In this document: piece by piece, positions 1-11,582 of the stretch
Numbering within the stretch: position 1 is the stretch's first letter
Layout: every line of letters begins with the position of its first letter
Assembly: GCA_963713855.1 (NCBI GenBank)
Contig: OY970209.1
Location: forward strand, 672,001 to 736,000
Direction: 5' to 3'
Source of the DNA: an uncultured bacterium
Lineage (GTDB): Bacteria > Babelota > Babeliae > Babelales > Babelaceae
Length of the DNA: 64,000 nucleotides
The notes under the pieces: model-generated
Told to the model about the DNA's origin: nothing
The model's input: only the letters and a program-made list of their open reading frames with translations
Databases searched by the model: none
Program-made: the position numbers and the translations under genes

Positions 1-821
1 AAGAAGCACTGAATAAATTGGCGAACTTTCAAGGAGGCGTGCAAGGACTGAGACCGGCGATTTTGCTCATCATAGCCTTGCAAAATGAAGAGCTTTTAAA
101 TCACGTTTTAGATACTTATCCTAAGATTATACGAAAAATGTGGTACGACATATTTGAAGTAGTAGCCTGCACTAAGAATCTTGCACTTTTTAGGAAGGTG
201 TATCTCTATTTACTTGAGCAGCTTGCAAGTGCAAAAGAAGGCGGGTACCTAGCTTTTAGAAATGCTCTTGAGAGAGCCTTATACTGGGCTGTTCTTAGTA
301 GATCTAGATCGATATTCGACTTTATAATGGAAAGAGCGATTGTATACGAAGAAGCATCTGACCTTCGACTTTCACGAGTGGGTGCGATGGTTACCGCCAT
401 ATTGAGGAATAGCAACGGTCAACGTCCACAGGAAGAAGTAACACTTTTGGAGTATTTTAGAGATACTCTAAGAAGAGTAACATATTTGCAGCTTCGGGTT
501 GGAATTTACCGCTTGTTGCCGGGATCTGGCGGACGGAACGAGTTCAGTAATAGGTTGATAGCGGAGGCACTTGGTCGAGAGCTTCCTACCGAGATAGCGC
601 ACAATATTATGAGTTTTGTGCTGGCCCCGGGAAACCCTCCGGTCCCAAGAACAGCTACTATAAGCTCAGAAACGCTGATTCCTTCCTTTAATAATGCCCG
701 TAACGTTTTAGATAGAGCATACCAAGAAATAAGCTCTCCAGCGAGAAAAGCGATTATAGCAATGATACTTGCTATGGTTATAATAAACTTCTGGCCCATT
801 GGCGGATGGTTCTCACATTAG
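1..821 (+). CDS. 3' part of ankyrin-type effector with C-terminal F-box-like motif and hydrophobic tail (paralog of 4316..6286); starts before the window
   Basis: Frame is open back to the window start (EALNKLANFQG). Shares AILLxIALQ, EVxACTxNL, LRRxTYLQL and ELPTEIAHNIMSFV with 4316..6286. Confidence 0.8.
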   Translation, partial: EALNKLANFQGGVQGLRPAILLIIALQNEELLNHVLDTYPKIIRKMWYDIFEVVACTKNLALFRKVYLYLLEQLASAKEGGYLAFRNALERALYWAVLSRSRSIFDFIMERAIVYEEASDLRLSRVGAMVTAILRNSNGQRPQEEVTLLEYFRDTLRRVTYLQLRVGIYRLLPGSGGRNEFSNRLIAEALGRELPTEIAHNIMSFVLAPGNPPVPRTATISSETLIPSFNNARNVLDRAYQEISSPARKAIIAMILAMVIINFWPIGGWFSH

Positions 822-3800
822 CTCATATGATGTTGATGGTTCGGAACCTATGTTTACCATCTCCACTCCACGATGCCGAAAGCGATACTTGTAAATGAGG
901 CAAGAGCTAATTGCAATTATAGCAGCTCCTAACGCCATAGCAGCTGGAACACCTATTGAGACGCCTAGGATAAGGTCAATAGGCACACCACGACCATCGC
1001 CGCTGTTCCCGTTTTGTGATCCAAAAATCTGAGAAATAGATACGTCGTTAGACTGGGAATTTGCTGTCGCAATGATCGGGCTTCCGCTAGTTGCGGGCAC
1101 TGGAGAGAATGCTATGTATACGCATTGCATGGAATTATTTGGTAAAAAATAAGACGTGCTATTAACTAGAGTACCGTTTGTGTTTTGTAAAAGAGCGATA
1201 GTGCTTGAACCACTATTAGCCGTAGCAAAATAAGATGTATCTTGTGAAAGAGCAATGCTAGCTGGTTGCGCGTGTCCTTGAGGTAGCTGTCTGGATTGGC
1301 CATTTGATAAAGTATTACCGGTAACGAGAAAGAGAGAAATGTCATCAGTGCCACTGTTTGCAACTACTATTATGGTATTTCCGGCGCTATCGATATAGGA
1401 GGTAATCGATGAAGGAACCGTCGAAATATTTGGAATTGGCTTTGAGAAGCCCTTACTTAATAGTCCGTTAAGTACCTCAAAAAGAGTAACATCTTGAGAC
1501 TCTGCATTAGCGACGGCCAAGAAATCGTTTGAAGGTGTGAACGTCAAAGCGACTGGCTGTGTAGAATTAATTGGTAACGAATAAGAACGCGGATTTTGAA
1601 GAGCGCCCGCCGCAACTTTAAAAAGGGTAACGTCATTCGAAGCGCTATTTGCTGTGGCAAGATAGACATTATTAGGTGAAAAAGCTACCGCCACGGGCTG
1701 TAAAGAATTGAGGGGCAGCTTATAAGATGTTGCGCTTGAAAGTCTTCCTGACGTTGCGTTAAAAAGCGTCACATCGCTCGAATTACTGTTTGCTGTAGCG
1801 AGGTAAGCATTGTTAGGTGAAAATGCTATCCCTGTCGGCCCGGAAGAACCGTGAGGAAGCAGGTAAGAAATTACCGAATTAAGTGTTGCGTTGCTTGCTA
1901 TGTCAAAGCCAAATAATGTCACATCTGCTGAGTTATAATTTGCCGTGGCCAGATAGTTTCCATTACTTGAAAAAGAAAGTGCACGCGGTTCACTTGATCC
2001 GTAAGGCAGGGGGATAGAAGTAAAAGGTGTAGGAAAATTCGCGCACTTGAAAACTGTTGTTATATAGGGGTTTAAATTGACTGTTATCACATATGAGCTT
2101 GATGGAGAATATACAATCGAAAAGCCATAGGTTGCAGCGTCTGGAAAAGCATAAGAGGCCGCATTTGTAAGTATTCCTCCCTGCTCGACGCTAAAAAGCG
2201 TCACGGTAGGCCCGTTTGCGGTAATCAATTTTGAGCCATCAGGAGAAAAAGCTAGTGACTGTGGACCACGTGCTTTCTGTTGGCCGCTAAGACCCCAGAA
2301 GGTATACGATACGAAACAGCTCCCGATAATGCGCCTCCCGGCTCTACCTGAAAGATCGTCACATCATGAGATTCGATGTTAGCTGTTGCAAGATAAGAGC
2401 CATTGGGGGAAAATGCGACAGAATAAGGATCGAGAGAACCATTTGGTAAGGCGTAAGAGATTGCTCCGGATAAGTCGCCAGCGGCACCAACTTGAAATAT
2501 GCTCACGTCGTTTGATTCAGAATTTGCGGTGGCGAGGTATTTGCCGGAGGGTGAGAAAGCTATTGATATGGGATAGTTGGAGCCTGAAGGCAAGGCATAT
2601 GATGTCTGTCCGGATAAGCTTCCTCCCGGCTCAACGGTAGATATAATAACTTCCCATGATCCGGCATCAATATTGTCGCTCGTGGTAACTAGATATTTTC
2701 CGGATGGTGAAAAGGCTAACGTCAAAGCTCCCTGGTAATATGCTGGTAAAGGATATGATATGCCATTTGTTAATATTCCTTCAGTTCCCACGGTATAGAC
2801 GGTAATATCGTTTGAATTATAGTTAAGTGTTGCAAGATAATTACCCGATGGCGAGAACTGGACCGATACCGGTCCTGATGACGCGTTCGGCAGGAGGTAC
2901 GAAGCACTGTTACTTAATGTTCCTTGCGCATCCGCAGCGTATATCAGCACAGAGTTGGAAAGGCTCTCAGTGAAAGCTACATAGGATCCATTCGGTGAAA
3001 GCGCTATCCATGTAAGGTTTTGTGGTCCGGCCGGCAAGGGATAGGTAACGAGTCCAGACAAGACGCCTCCAGCACCTACTTGAAATATTTCTATACAATT
3101 TGAAGAAGGGTTGCTGACAGCAACGTGTAATCCATCCGGTGAGAATTGTGCCATAGCGGGATTGGAAAATACAACAGAACCTGTCAACGAATAGGTTATA
3201 GGATTTGATAATGCTCCTCCTGTGCCAACTTGAAAGACCGTAACTTTATTCGAAAGGGGATTTGACGTAACAAGATTCGCTCCATTGGGAGAAAAGGCTA
3301 CCGAAGTAGGATAGCTGCTTCCCGGATACGACATACCGCCCGTCAACGTACCGCCCGATGCTACTTGAAATACCGTTACATCACTCGAAGCATTAGCAGT
3401 AGCGAGATATTTCCCATCGAAAGAAAAAGTAACTGATTGTGGATTGACTGAACCAGAAGGTAGCTTATAAGAAATTGCTTCTGTTAATGTGCCTTGTGGT
3501 CCTACATGAAATATCGTCACATCATTAGAACCATCATTGGCGGTAGCAACATAAGACCCATCGGGTGAGAATGCTGCGGCTAACGGGATGGAAGATCCGC
3601 TTGGTAAAGCATAGGACATCTGTCCCGTTAAAATTCCATCAGATCCAACTTGAAAGACGGCGACATTATTTGAAGAAGCATTAGCAGTAACAATATAAGC
3701 TCCATTGGGTGAAAACTGAATTGACTGAGGTTGCACAGAGCCGATCGGTAAGGGATAGGAAATTTCGTTTGATAACGTTCCTGTGCTAACTCGAAATAAG

Positions 3801-4120
3801 GTTATATCGTTTGAAACATTAGCACTTGCAAGATATAAGCCGTTAGGGGAAAATGCTACTCCATAAGGTCCCTGGGAAGTAGTTGGTAATAAATAGCTAT
3901 TTGATGATCCCGTTTTTGCATTAAAGAGAGTCACATTGCTTGAGTTTACATTGGCACTTGCTATATAAGAACCGTCTGGAGAATAGGCGATTCCCATCGG
4001 GTTTATGCCAGCGGGTGATGTATAGCTTGTTCCGGTTAGTCGACAGAGTGCAGGGTGCAACGAAAAGTGAAAAAAACACAAGCTAAGAAACAAAGTGTAC
4101 TTCAAATGAAATGTTAGCAT
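813..4120 (-). pseudogene. Large secreted beta-propeller (WD40/lactonase-like) repeat protein with C-terminal TM anchor, split by a frameshift near 2293-2296
   Basis: ORFs 2252..4189 and 813..2228 share a ~47-aa repeat (SYxLPxGSxxPxxxAFSPxGxYLATANxxSNDVTxF). Adding one G to GGGG joins them (PSGGLSGQQKARGPQSLAFSPDGSKLITAN). ATG at 4120 has GGAG upstream. Could be a sequencing error or a real lesion. Confidence 0.8.
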
Positions 4121-4250
4121 CAAAAAACTCTCCATTTTCTTGACCAGATCAGCAACGGTCCTACTCGATATTGTCGCTGATTTAAGCACGCTGCTATCAG
4201 GTTGTCAAGTTAGGTTCCTACGTGAGAGACATAGAATGGAATGCATTAAA

Positions 4251-4278
4251 TTGACTATTGCAAATTGAGCATTATGCT
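4251..4278 (+). promoter_or_regulatory. Putative sigma70 promoter TTGACT-16-TATGCT
   Basis: Consensus-like hexamers upstream of 4316; the segment is duplicated at 7834. Confidence 0.55.
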
Positions 4279-4315
4279 GATGAGGAGAATATTTTAGTAA
4301 ACAAAGTGAAAACAT

Positions 4316-6286
4316 ATGAAAAAAATACTGATTGGTTTATTGCTGCTTTTCCATGGGGTTGGGATCTGGTGCATGGAGGGACAACCCGCAGAAGATCAGC
4401 CTTTGGGCTATCAACGGCGTCAAGAATTAATGGAGTTACTTGAAAGTGCTGTCAGCGCCGGTAACTTAGAACCTCTTGTTCGGCTTTTCAAAATGCTTAA
4501 GCTTAATTATGCTTCTTATGATGAATATGTACTTGAGACATTCCAAATTGCTGCGAGGGCAGGTCACTTGCATGTCCTTGAGTGGCTTGATCAAAAAGTG
4601 CGCGGTGTTCTTGAAATTGATTCGATTTTTAATTGTGTAACTTGTGTTGCAGCAATAGCGATCACTGCTTCACAAACTGGCCGAGCAGAGTTGTTAGATT
4701 GGCTTGTTTCTTATGGCAGAGAAAAATATGGCTTGAGCGAAGATTTGATTAAGCAGTGGATTATGCACCGGGGCTTTACGTCTCGAGCTTTAGAAGAACA
4801 AAGTGAGGCTTTTGGTGAATTGGCTTGTCTGGAATCTCTAAATACGTTTGTTGAGGCAGCTTTGCAAGGAAGAATTGCGGTTTTGATGTGGTTTAAAGTT
4901 AATTGTCCTTCGATTCTTACTTCCGAATACTTAGATCAAGCCGCATCCGAGGCGGCGGCTTCCTGTCAAGTCGAAACATTAGAATGGTTAGTAGCTCATG
5001 GTGCTAATATAAATATCAGGGAATATAGTGCTCCAATACATGAAGCCGCCGCAGGCCTGGACGACGCATCAAAACATTACCTCAAGTCTTTTGATAGCGT
5101 TATTGATGTTTTTAAATGGCTTTTAGAGCATGGTACTGCAATCGATCACACGTGTCAGAACTCCGCAAGCGGGCCTTGGCAAGCAATTGATACTGCTTTT
5201 GCTTATGCAGTAAGTCCTTCACCATTTTTTAGAGACCGACATATACATTCTTTGCCATTTGATAGCATATTCTGGCTCATTCTTCATGGGGCTTCATCAG
5301 AAGGATTTTTTAACTCCACTCTTCAGTTGAGAAGTACTCCTGGACAGTTCTATGCGGATCGATATGCTGGTAAGCCACTTTTATATGCATTGCTGTTAGG
5401 GGACAATGAGACGGCAAAGAGCGAGTTAGAGATTTTTCAAGGTCAAGACAATGAACTGAAGGAAGCTATCTTGCTCATGATTGCATTGCAACGGGAAGAT
5501 GTACTAGATCGCGCTTTCGGTAAGTATAGCTTGTTTATGGCGGATATTTGGGAAGATATGCTTGAAGTGGCTGCGTGCACCAGAAACCTCAAGCTTTTTA
5601 AAAAAATATACGCATTTATCCTTGGCCAGACTCGAAAGCAGATCGAAGCGGGCAAAGAAGATGCAGAAGAGCGTTTTAGTAGGGCTCTTGAAGTTGGCTT
5701 ACGGTGGAGCGCGATAAGCAGAGCAGAACCACTCTTTTACTTTTTACTTGAAAGAGCGGTAGCGTATGGTCGCGTGCCTGATATACGTCTTTCAGCAGTG
5801 GGATCTATGGTTGCTAGGATATTAAGGTACCACGATCGATTGGCAAGGGAAAACCGAGGAGAATTGCTACAATCGCATGAGTATGCGATGTTTACGCGCA
5901 TGAGAGACTGTCTTAGAAGGGCTACTTATCTACAACTAAGTGCAGGCGTCTATCACACAAGGCCGGGGTTTGATGACGCAAATAATCGGTTAACGAATCT
6001 CATGACACAGATTGCCCAGGGAGTGTCTGAAGAAATAGAAAGACGGGAAATGCCTAGAGAAATAGCAGAGCTCATTATGAGTTTTATATTAGGTCCATCT
6101 AATGCTGAACCGGAGACAAATGTTCGGGAACGTGAAGCTATACATTCATTTAACCCGGGTACTTTATTAGAAACCGCAAGTTCGGCCGTTGAGAATGTGA
6201 TAATATCGCATCCAAGAATAGCGTTTGTGGCAATGATGCTTATTATGTATGCAATGAATGGTTGGACTTCATCTTCAAATATGTAG
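4316..6286 (+). CDS. Secreted ankyrin-repeat protein with C-terminal F-box-like motif and hydrophobic tail
   Basis: Signal peptide MKKILIGLLLLF..WC-MEGQ; ankyrin-like units (LEWLVAHGANIN, PIHEAA, KWLLEHG); EMPREIAELIMSFI. Confidence 0.75.
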   Translation: MKKILIGLLLLFHGVGIWCMEGQPAEDQPLGYQRRQELMELLESAVSAGNLEPLVRLFKMLKLNYASYDEYVLETFQIAARAGHLHVLEWLDQKVRGVLEIDSIFNCVTCVAAIAITASQTGRAELLDWLVSYGREKYGLSEDLIKQWIMHRGFTSRALEEQSEAFGELACLESLNTFVEAALQGRIAVLMWFKVNCPSILTSEYLDQAASEAAASCQVETLEWLVAHGANINIREYSAPIHEAAAGLDDASKHYLKSFDSVIDVFKWLLEHGTAIDHTCQNSASGPWQAIDTAFAYAVSPSPFFRDRHIHSLPFDSIFWLILHGASSEGFFNSTLQLRSTPGQFYADRYAGKPLLYALLLGDNETAKSELEIFQGQDNELKEAILLMIALQREDVLDRAFGKYSLFMADIWEDMLEVAACTRNLKLFKKIYAFILGQTRKQIEAGKEDAEERFSRALEVGLRWSAISRAEPLFYFLLERAVAYGRVPDIRLSAVGSMVARILRYHDRLARENRGELLQSHEYAMFTRMRDCLRRATYLQLSAGVYHTRPGFDDANNRLTNLMTQIAQGVSEEIERREMPREIAELIMSFILGPSNAEPETNVREREAIHSFNPGTLLETASSAVENVIISHPRIAFVAMMLIMYAMNGWTSSSNM

Positions 6287-6345
6287 CGGCATACTCACTG
6301 CACCCATTTAAAAAAACACTTTGTTTTTTGATAAGAAATTATTCG

Positions 6346-6430
6346 ATGCTTTGAATTTGAACCATGAGTATCCAGAAAATGCTTTGAATTTTAGCCATAA
6401 CCTGATAAAATATGGTTTGAAATTCGACCA
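6346..6430 (+). repeat. Three direct repeats ATGcTTTGAAtTtxxcCA at 33-bp period
   Basis: Copies start at 6346, 6379 and 6412, directly upstream of the ATPase. Confidence 0.7.
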
Positions 6431-6442
6431 ACTCGGGGTGCT

Positions 6443-7780
6443 ATGAAGAGATTTATTGACCGCATCCTTTTTGACTGGAAGGAAAAAGATACCAGAAAGC
6501 CGCTTCTTCTACGCGGGGCTCGCCAGGTAGGAAAAACGCATGCTGTTCGTGAGCTTGGTAAATCTTTTGAGGGTTATGTTGAGATCAATTTTGAAGTTAT
6601 GCCTCGCGCAAAAGCGATTTTTGAGAAAGATCTTGCTCCTGAAAGGATTACCCAAGAACTTTCGCTTATTACTGAAAAAAAAATAGTGCCGGGAAAAACG
6701 CTTCTTTTTTTTGATGAGGTTCAGGCTGCGCCAAATGTGATAATTGCGCTTCGTTATTTTTATGAGATGATGCCGGATCTGCATGTCATTGCTGCGGGCT
6801 CACTTCTTGACTTTGCGATTCAAGCAGTTGGTATTCCTGTTGGAAGGGTCGTTTCTCTTTACATGTATCCGATGACGTTCATAGAATTTTTGTATGCTCT
6901 TGGACATGAGCTTCTTGCTGCTGAAATTATGCGCCATACTTTTACCGAGCCAATAGCTCTGTCAGTTCACGAAAAAGCTCTCGAACTTCTTGGTTATTAT
7001 CTTGCTATCGGTGGGATGCCTGAAGTGGTAGCATGTTTTAAAGAAACCAAAAATGCGTTGGAGTGTGCTCTTATACTCCATACGCTTATAGATACTTATC
7101 GCCAGGATTTTGGTAAATATGCGCAAGAATTTCAAGTAAAATATGTAGACCTTTTGTTTAACTACGTGCCTCGATTGCTTGGACAACGATTTAGATATAG
7201 CGCGATTGAGGGCGATTACCGCAAAAGAGAATTGGCTCCAGCTCTCGACTTGCTGGTCATGGCAGGCATTGTACACTCCGTCGTAAACACGGGTGCGCAT
7301 GGTACGCCTTTGGGGGCTGAGGCTGACAGGCAGCATTTTAAAGCAATTTTTATAGATGTGGCTCTTGCCCAGGCTATTCTAGGCGTTAAAATAAGCGAAT
7401 GGATTTTAAACCCCCTCGAGGCCATTGTTAATAAAGGTGCTCTTGTCGAATCTTTCGTTGGCCAGGAGCTCTTAGGTTACAGTTATCCCTATATGAAGGA
7501 GCGGCTTTATTACTGGCAAAGACAGTCGCGCGGAAGTCAGGCGGAGGTTGATTATGTTATTCAAGAAAATGAGCTCATAATACCAATCGAGGTAAAGGGT
7601 GGCAAAAGCTCTACTCTTTTAAGTATGCATGCATTCCTTAATTCACATCAGAGTTCCCCCTTTGGTCTTCGTTTTTCGGTACGTAATTATGCAGCTCACG
7701 AGAAAATACGTTCTTATCCGCTTTACGCAATTGCCGCAGCAATTGGTGGGCCCAGTAAAAGTGGCCGACTAGCTTTGTGA
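6443..7780 (+). CDS. AAA_14 family ATPase with DUF4143 C-terminal domain
   Basis: Walker A GARQVGKT, Walker B LFFDEVQ, GGMPE, C-terminal EVDYV..PIEVK. Confidence 0.9.
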   Translation: MKRFIDRILFDWKEKDTRKPLLLRGARQVGKTHAVRELGKSFEGYVEINFEVMPRAKAIFEKDLAPERITQELSLITEKKIVPGKTLLFFDEVQAAPNVIIALRYFYEMMPDLHVIAAGSLLDFAIQAVGIPVGRVVSLYMYPMTFIEFLYALGHELLAAEIMRHTFTEPIALSVHEKALELLGYYLAIGGMPEVVACFKETKNALECALILHTLIDTYRQDFGKYAQEFQVKYVDLLFNYVPRLLGQRFRYSAIEGDYRKRELAPALDLLVMAGIVHSVVNTGAHGTPLGAEADRQHFKAIFIDVALAQAILGVKISEWILNPLEAIVNKGALVESFVGQELLGYSYPYMKERLYYWQRQSRGSQAEVDYVIQENELIIPIEVKGGKSSTLLSMHAFLNSHQSSPFGLRFSVRNYAAHEKIRSYPLYAIAAAIGGPSKSGRLAL

Positions 7781-7898
7781 GCTATTTTGTCAAAGGACTC
7801 TGATTATAGTTTCTTCAGTGCTAAATTCATTGGTTGACTATTGCAAATTGAGCATGATGCTGATGAATAGATGATTTTAGTAAACAAAGTGAAAATGT

Positions 7899-9865
7899 AT
7901 TAAAAAAGTATTGATGAGCGCATTGCTACTTTTCTATTGAGCTGGCATCTGGTCTATGGAGGGACAACCCACACAAGAGCAAAAGCATCAGAAATTAATA
8001 GATCAGGCTAAAGAGGGCCGGACAATAAATTATGAATTAGTAATGTTACTCAAGGCCGCAATCGAATCTGGTAGTGCAGGGGAGGAATGCATTAGAAAGC
8101 TTAATGTAATTGAGCAGGATAAGGAGTCAGATTCTTACGATGATGAGTATATAGTTTCATTATTCAAAATAGCCGCAGAAATGGGTGAGCTTAGGGTTCT
8201 TGAATGGCTTGATCAAAATATATACCCTATTGATGAGGTTGATAAAAACTATGGTTGTGCAATAAGGATTGCAGCCATAGTAATCGGCGCCGTTCAAGCT
8301 GGCCATCAAGAGGTATTAGATTGGCTTATTTCTTATTGCAGAGAAAAGTATCGCTTCGGCGAAGATTTGACCAAGAAATACATCATCTACCAAGGCTATA
8401 TGAAAACCGCGAGGTCTTCGAGATTCTTAATTTGGGCTATTTTGATATTCTTTTTGAGGCAGCTTACCATGGTAGTATTTCCGTTTTAATATGGTTGAAA
8501 GTTAATTGTCCTTCCCTTCTTACTCCTGACTTTCTAAATGTGGCAGCTTGCTATGCAGATAGAAATCGTCAAATTGAAGCAATAGAATGGCTAGTAGAGA
8601 ATGGCGCTAATATAAATGATAGGGATTGTGAATTTCCCATGCATGAGGCTGCAAATAACCTTAACACCGCTTCAGACCTTTCCGTTGAGTCCTCTAATAG
8701 CGCTGTTGATACATTTAAATGGCTATTAGAGCGCGGTACCCCCATCGATATCAGTAGTATGAACGATGCTGGACCATTGTTGCAACCGCTTGACGCTGCT
8801 TTTTCTAATTTAACAGATGGTACTCGTGGCCAAGATGAGCCTTTTTTATCTTATGACAGCGTATTCTGGCTCGTTCTCTATGGGGCTTCATCGGAAGATT
8901 GTTCTGCATCCGCGTACTGGTTTAGGTTACTGTATGCTTCTAAGCCGCTTCTATTGGCACTATTATTAGGTGAAAATGAGAAAGCAAAGACTGAGTTAGA
9001 GAAGTTTAAAGGCAGAGACCACGAACTTCAGGCAGCTATTTTGCTCATGATCGCATTGCAACGCGAAGAAATACTGGATGCTGCCTTGCAAAGCCATGGA
9101 TCTTCCGTAGAGGATATTTGGGAAGACCTATTTGAAGTTGCAGCATGTACCAGAAATCTTGAGCTTTTGAAGAAAATATATTCATTTGTTTATGGCCAGC
9201 TTAAAGCTGGTAAAGAAGGTGCCGAAGGTTTTAGAAGAGCGCTTGAAGTTGGCTTACGTTGGAGTGTAATTAGTAGAGCAGAACCACTCTTTTATTTTTT
9301 GTTGGAAAGAGCGATAGCGTATGGCCACGCGCCGAATATACGGCTTTCCGCAGTGGGATCTATGGTTACAGGAATAGTAAGGTATCACGATCGGTTGGCG
9401 AGAGAAAATCGAGGAGAATTGCTGCAATCGCACGAGTATGCGATGTTCAGGCGGATGAGAGATTGTCTGAGAAGAGCGACTTATCTACAACTAAGTGCTG
9501 GAGTGCATCACACTCGATCGGGGTTTAATGATGCAAATATTCGGTTAACCAATCTGATAAGAAATGTTGTACATGCAGTGCCGTCAGAACACGAGGAGCC
9601 TCAAGAAATAGCAGTCCGCGAAATACCTCGGGAAGTAGCGGAGCTTATTATTAATTTCATACTAGGTCCTTCTAACGCTCCGCCCCAAACTGTTGCGGAA
9701 ACTCGGGATTTACGGTCACATTTTTTTAATATGGGCATTGCTTCTTTAGAAAGAGTGCGCGATAGCATAGCTAATTTGATAACGTCTCACCCGAGAATAA
9801 CGTTGGTGGCAATGATGCTTATGATGTACGCGATGAACAGTTGGACTTCATCTTCAAATATGTAA
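7899..9865 (+). pseudogene. Disrupted paralog of the 4316..6286 ankyrin/F-box-like effector
   Basis: Start codon reads ATT (7899), in-frame TGA at 7938 in the signal peptide, and a frameshift near 8403-8406 joins ORFs 7956..8489 and 8255..9865. Confidence 0.8.
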
Positions 9866-10004
9866 TGGTTTATTTACTGGGCTGTGTGCAGCTAAAAAAA
9901 TTGCTTCAGTTACTTCTCAACTTAAAAATAATGGCCTCATTATATAAGTAATCTTACCACCATCGAAATCATCTAGGAAAATTTTGAATTGCTTATTTGA
10001 GCAT

Positions 10005-10039
10005 TTACTTGTAAGATGGTAAATAAATCTTACAAGTAA
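10005..10039. promoter_or_regulatory. 13-bp perfect inverted repeat, operator-like
   Basis: TTACTTGTAAGAT-N9-ATCTTACAAGTAA upstream of the CVNH-like gene. Confidence 0.5.
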
Positions 10040-10095
10040 TGCATTATTGATTAAAACTGCTCAAGATCCTTATGGACTTTAGCACGAAGGTATTT

Positions 10096-10635
10096 ATGAA
10101 ACTCTTTTTTTGCACCGTCATGGCATTACTCTGGTTTACGGGTAGCCTTCTTTCAAATATTCAACTGCCTGACGGTGAATATCGTAAAACATGTGACTGT
10201 TCTTTTGAGCACCCAAAACAGCTTGCGTGCTTATGCTTAAAGGACCTTGGAATGCGGGAGTATAGTGAAATTGATCCGGTTACTTGCAGTGGTCAGGAGA
10301 TCGTTAATTCTCAAGGAAAACTGATGTGCCGTCAATACTCACGCGACAGGTTGCCTCAAGGTTCTTATATCGACTCATGTTACGATTGTGCCTATGTGGA
10401 TCCGGACAAGCTTTCATGTCTCTGTCGACGTGTGCATGAGCGCTCCAGTATTGATCCAAGAGTCTGCCAAGATAAAGACATAGTAAACTGCGGTGGGTTT
10501 TTAGGATGTAAAGGCATCTGTGAGCTTCAAGAAAATCGCGATATCCCGAACTTTGCACTTCCTCTTGGAGTGCTTGTCGTCATTGTGTTGTTGTATCACC
10601 TTAAAACTCGACACAAGCTTCACGTACTAGGGTAG
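10096..10635 (+). CDS. Membrane-anchored protein with two CVNH (cyanovirin-N-like) Cys-rich repeats
   Basis: Signal peptide; LPxGxYxxxCxxC..LxCLC..IxNxxGxLxC occurs twice; C-terminal TM followed by a basic tail. Confidence 0.65.
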   Translation: MKLFFCTVMALLWFTGSLLSNIQLPDGEYRKTCDCSFEHPKQLACLCLKDLGMREYSEIDPVTCSGQEIVNSQGKLMCRQYSRDRLPQGSYIDSCYDCAYVDPDKLSCLCRRVHERSSIDPRVCQDKDIVNCGGFLGCKGICELQENRDIPNFALPLGVLVVIVLLYHLKTRHKLHVLG

Positions 10636-11262
10636 ATAAGCACCTGTAGGGCTGAGCGCATCAGATGGAAGCTTTCCTTGATCCATTAACTTCTCTAATA
10701 ATGGAAGATAATATTCATCAGGGGAATCAAAAAAAGATTTTCCAGGATACAAATCAGTTATCTTCGATTCACCTTCCGTCATAAACATTAAAACGGAAAC
10801 ACCCAGAAGTATAACGGCAAACAAAGCATGCGTTCCCAAACAGCCTTTACGTAAATCTGCATCGTATTTACTTACAGCATCTTTATTTCTAACAATGGTT
10901 GCCCAAAAAGCTGTTGTAAGAGCAAAGAAGATCGCAAGTGGTACAGATACAAATGTCCCTCGATTGTAAAAGCCACGTGAATGACTTGCGTGGTACCAGT
11001 CTGTTTTTACCGTTTCAAAAAGCTTTGCAGCTTCTTCTTCAGAGAGAGTTTGGATATGCTTAAACGTGCTGTTTAAGGCATTATTAAAAGTTGTTTCGTT
11101 CCAGTCCCTATTATAAGCAAGCTTGAACTTGTGTAAGTAATCGATAAGCTCAGATGACTCAACTTGACGGCTAGGCGGAGTGGTTGACGCTTGTTGTGCG
11201 CCTAAATGTGTCATCGATGTCATTATAATCGTGGCGTAAAAAATAAATGAACATAGAATCAT
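10627..11262 (-). CDS. Hypothetical exported/membrane protein
   Basis: 211-aa ORF with hydrophobic N-terminus and two TM-like segments. Confidence 0.6.
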   Translation of the reverse strand: MILCSFIFYATIIMTSMTHLGAQQASTTPPSRQVESSELIDYLHKFKLAYNRDWNETTFNNALNSTFKHIQTLSEEEAAKLFETVKTDWYHASHSRGFYNRGTFVSVPLAIFFALTTAFWATIVRNKDAVSKYDADLRKGCLGTHALFAVILLGVSVLMFMTEGESKITDLYPGKSFFDSPDEYYLPLLEKLMDQGKLPSDALSPTGAYLP

Positions 11263-11511
11263 TTTCTTCCTTCGAAAAATAGTACAAAAATAGCTTAACT
11301 CCCTTCATCGTTTTTGCAAATCATGTATCGTGCAAATCGAGATTTAGCTTTAATAATTCTGTCGTAATATTGGGTATTTTAAAGTACTGCAAATTTAAAC
11401 TTGTATGAAAAAGGTGCTTCAGATTTTAAGCCTGAATGGCGAATGCTTGATACGCTGAGGTTTTTCGATATCAGGAAAACGTCTAATATAATAGCATTTG
11501 AATAAGTCGAT

Positions 11512-11540
11512 AGCAGCCCGGCATCTATAGCCGGGCTGCT
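11512..11540. terminator. GC-rich hairpin, probable intrinsic terminator
   Basis: AGCAGCCCGGC-ATCTATA-GCCGGGCTGCT downstream of the 11583 gene. Confidence 0.65.
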
Positions 11541-11582
11541 CTTTTGCTGTAAGTTATGAACGATATGGAAAGAGCCTACGGT

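Noticed and set aside
6346..6430. Possible mini-CRISPR array
   Set aside because: The 33-bp period is too short for repeat plus spacer, the repeats are degenerate, and there are no cas genes.
7938..7940. TGA at a Gly position, suggesting genetic code 25 (TGA=Gly)
   Set aside because: TGA terminates other genes here (e.g. 7780, 14872, 23437), conserved genes translate fully without recoding, and this gene has other lesions.
4316..9865. Diversity-generating retroelement TR/VR pair from near-identical segments
   Set aside because: Similarity is paralogous coding sequence with mostly synonymous changes, not adenine-specific, and there is no reverse transcriptase in the window.
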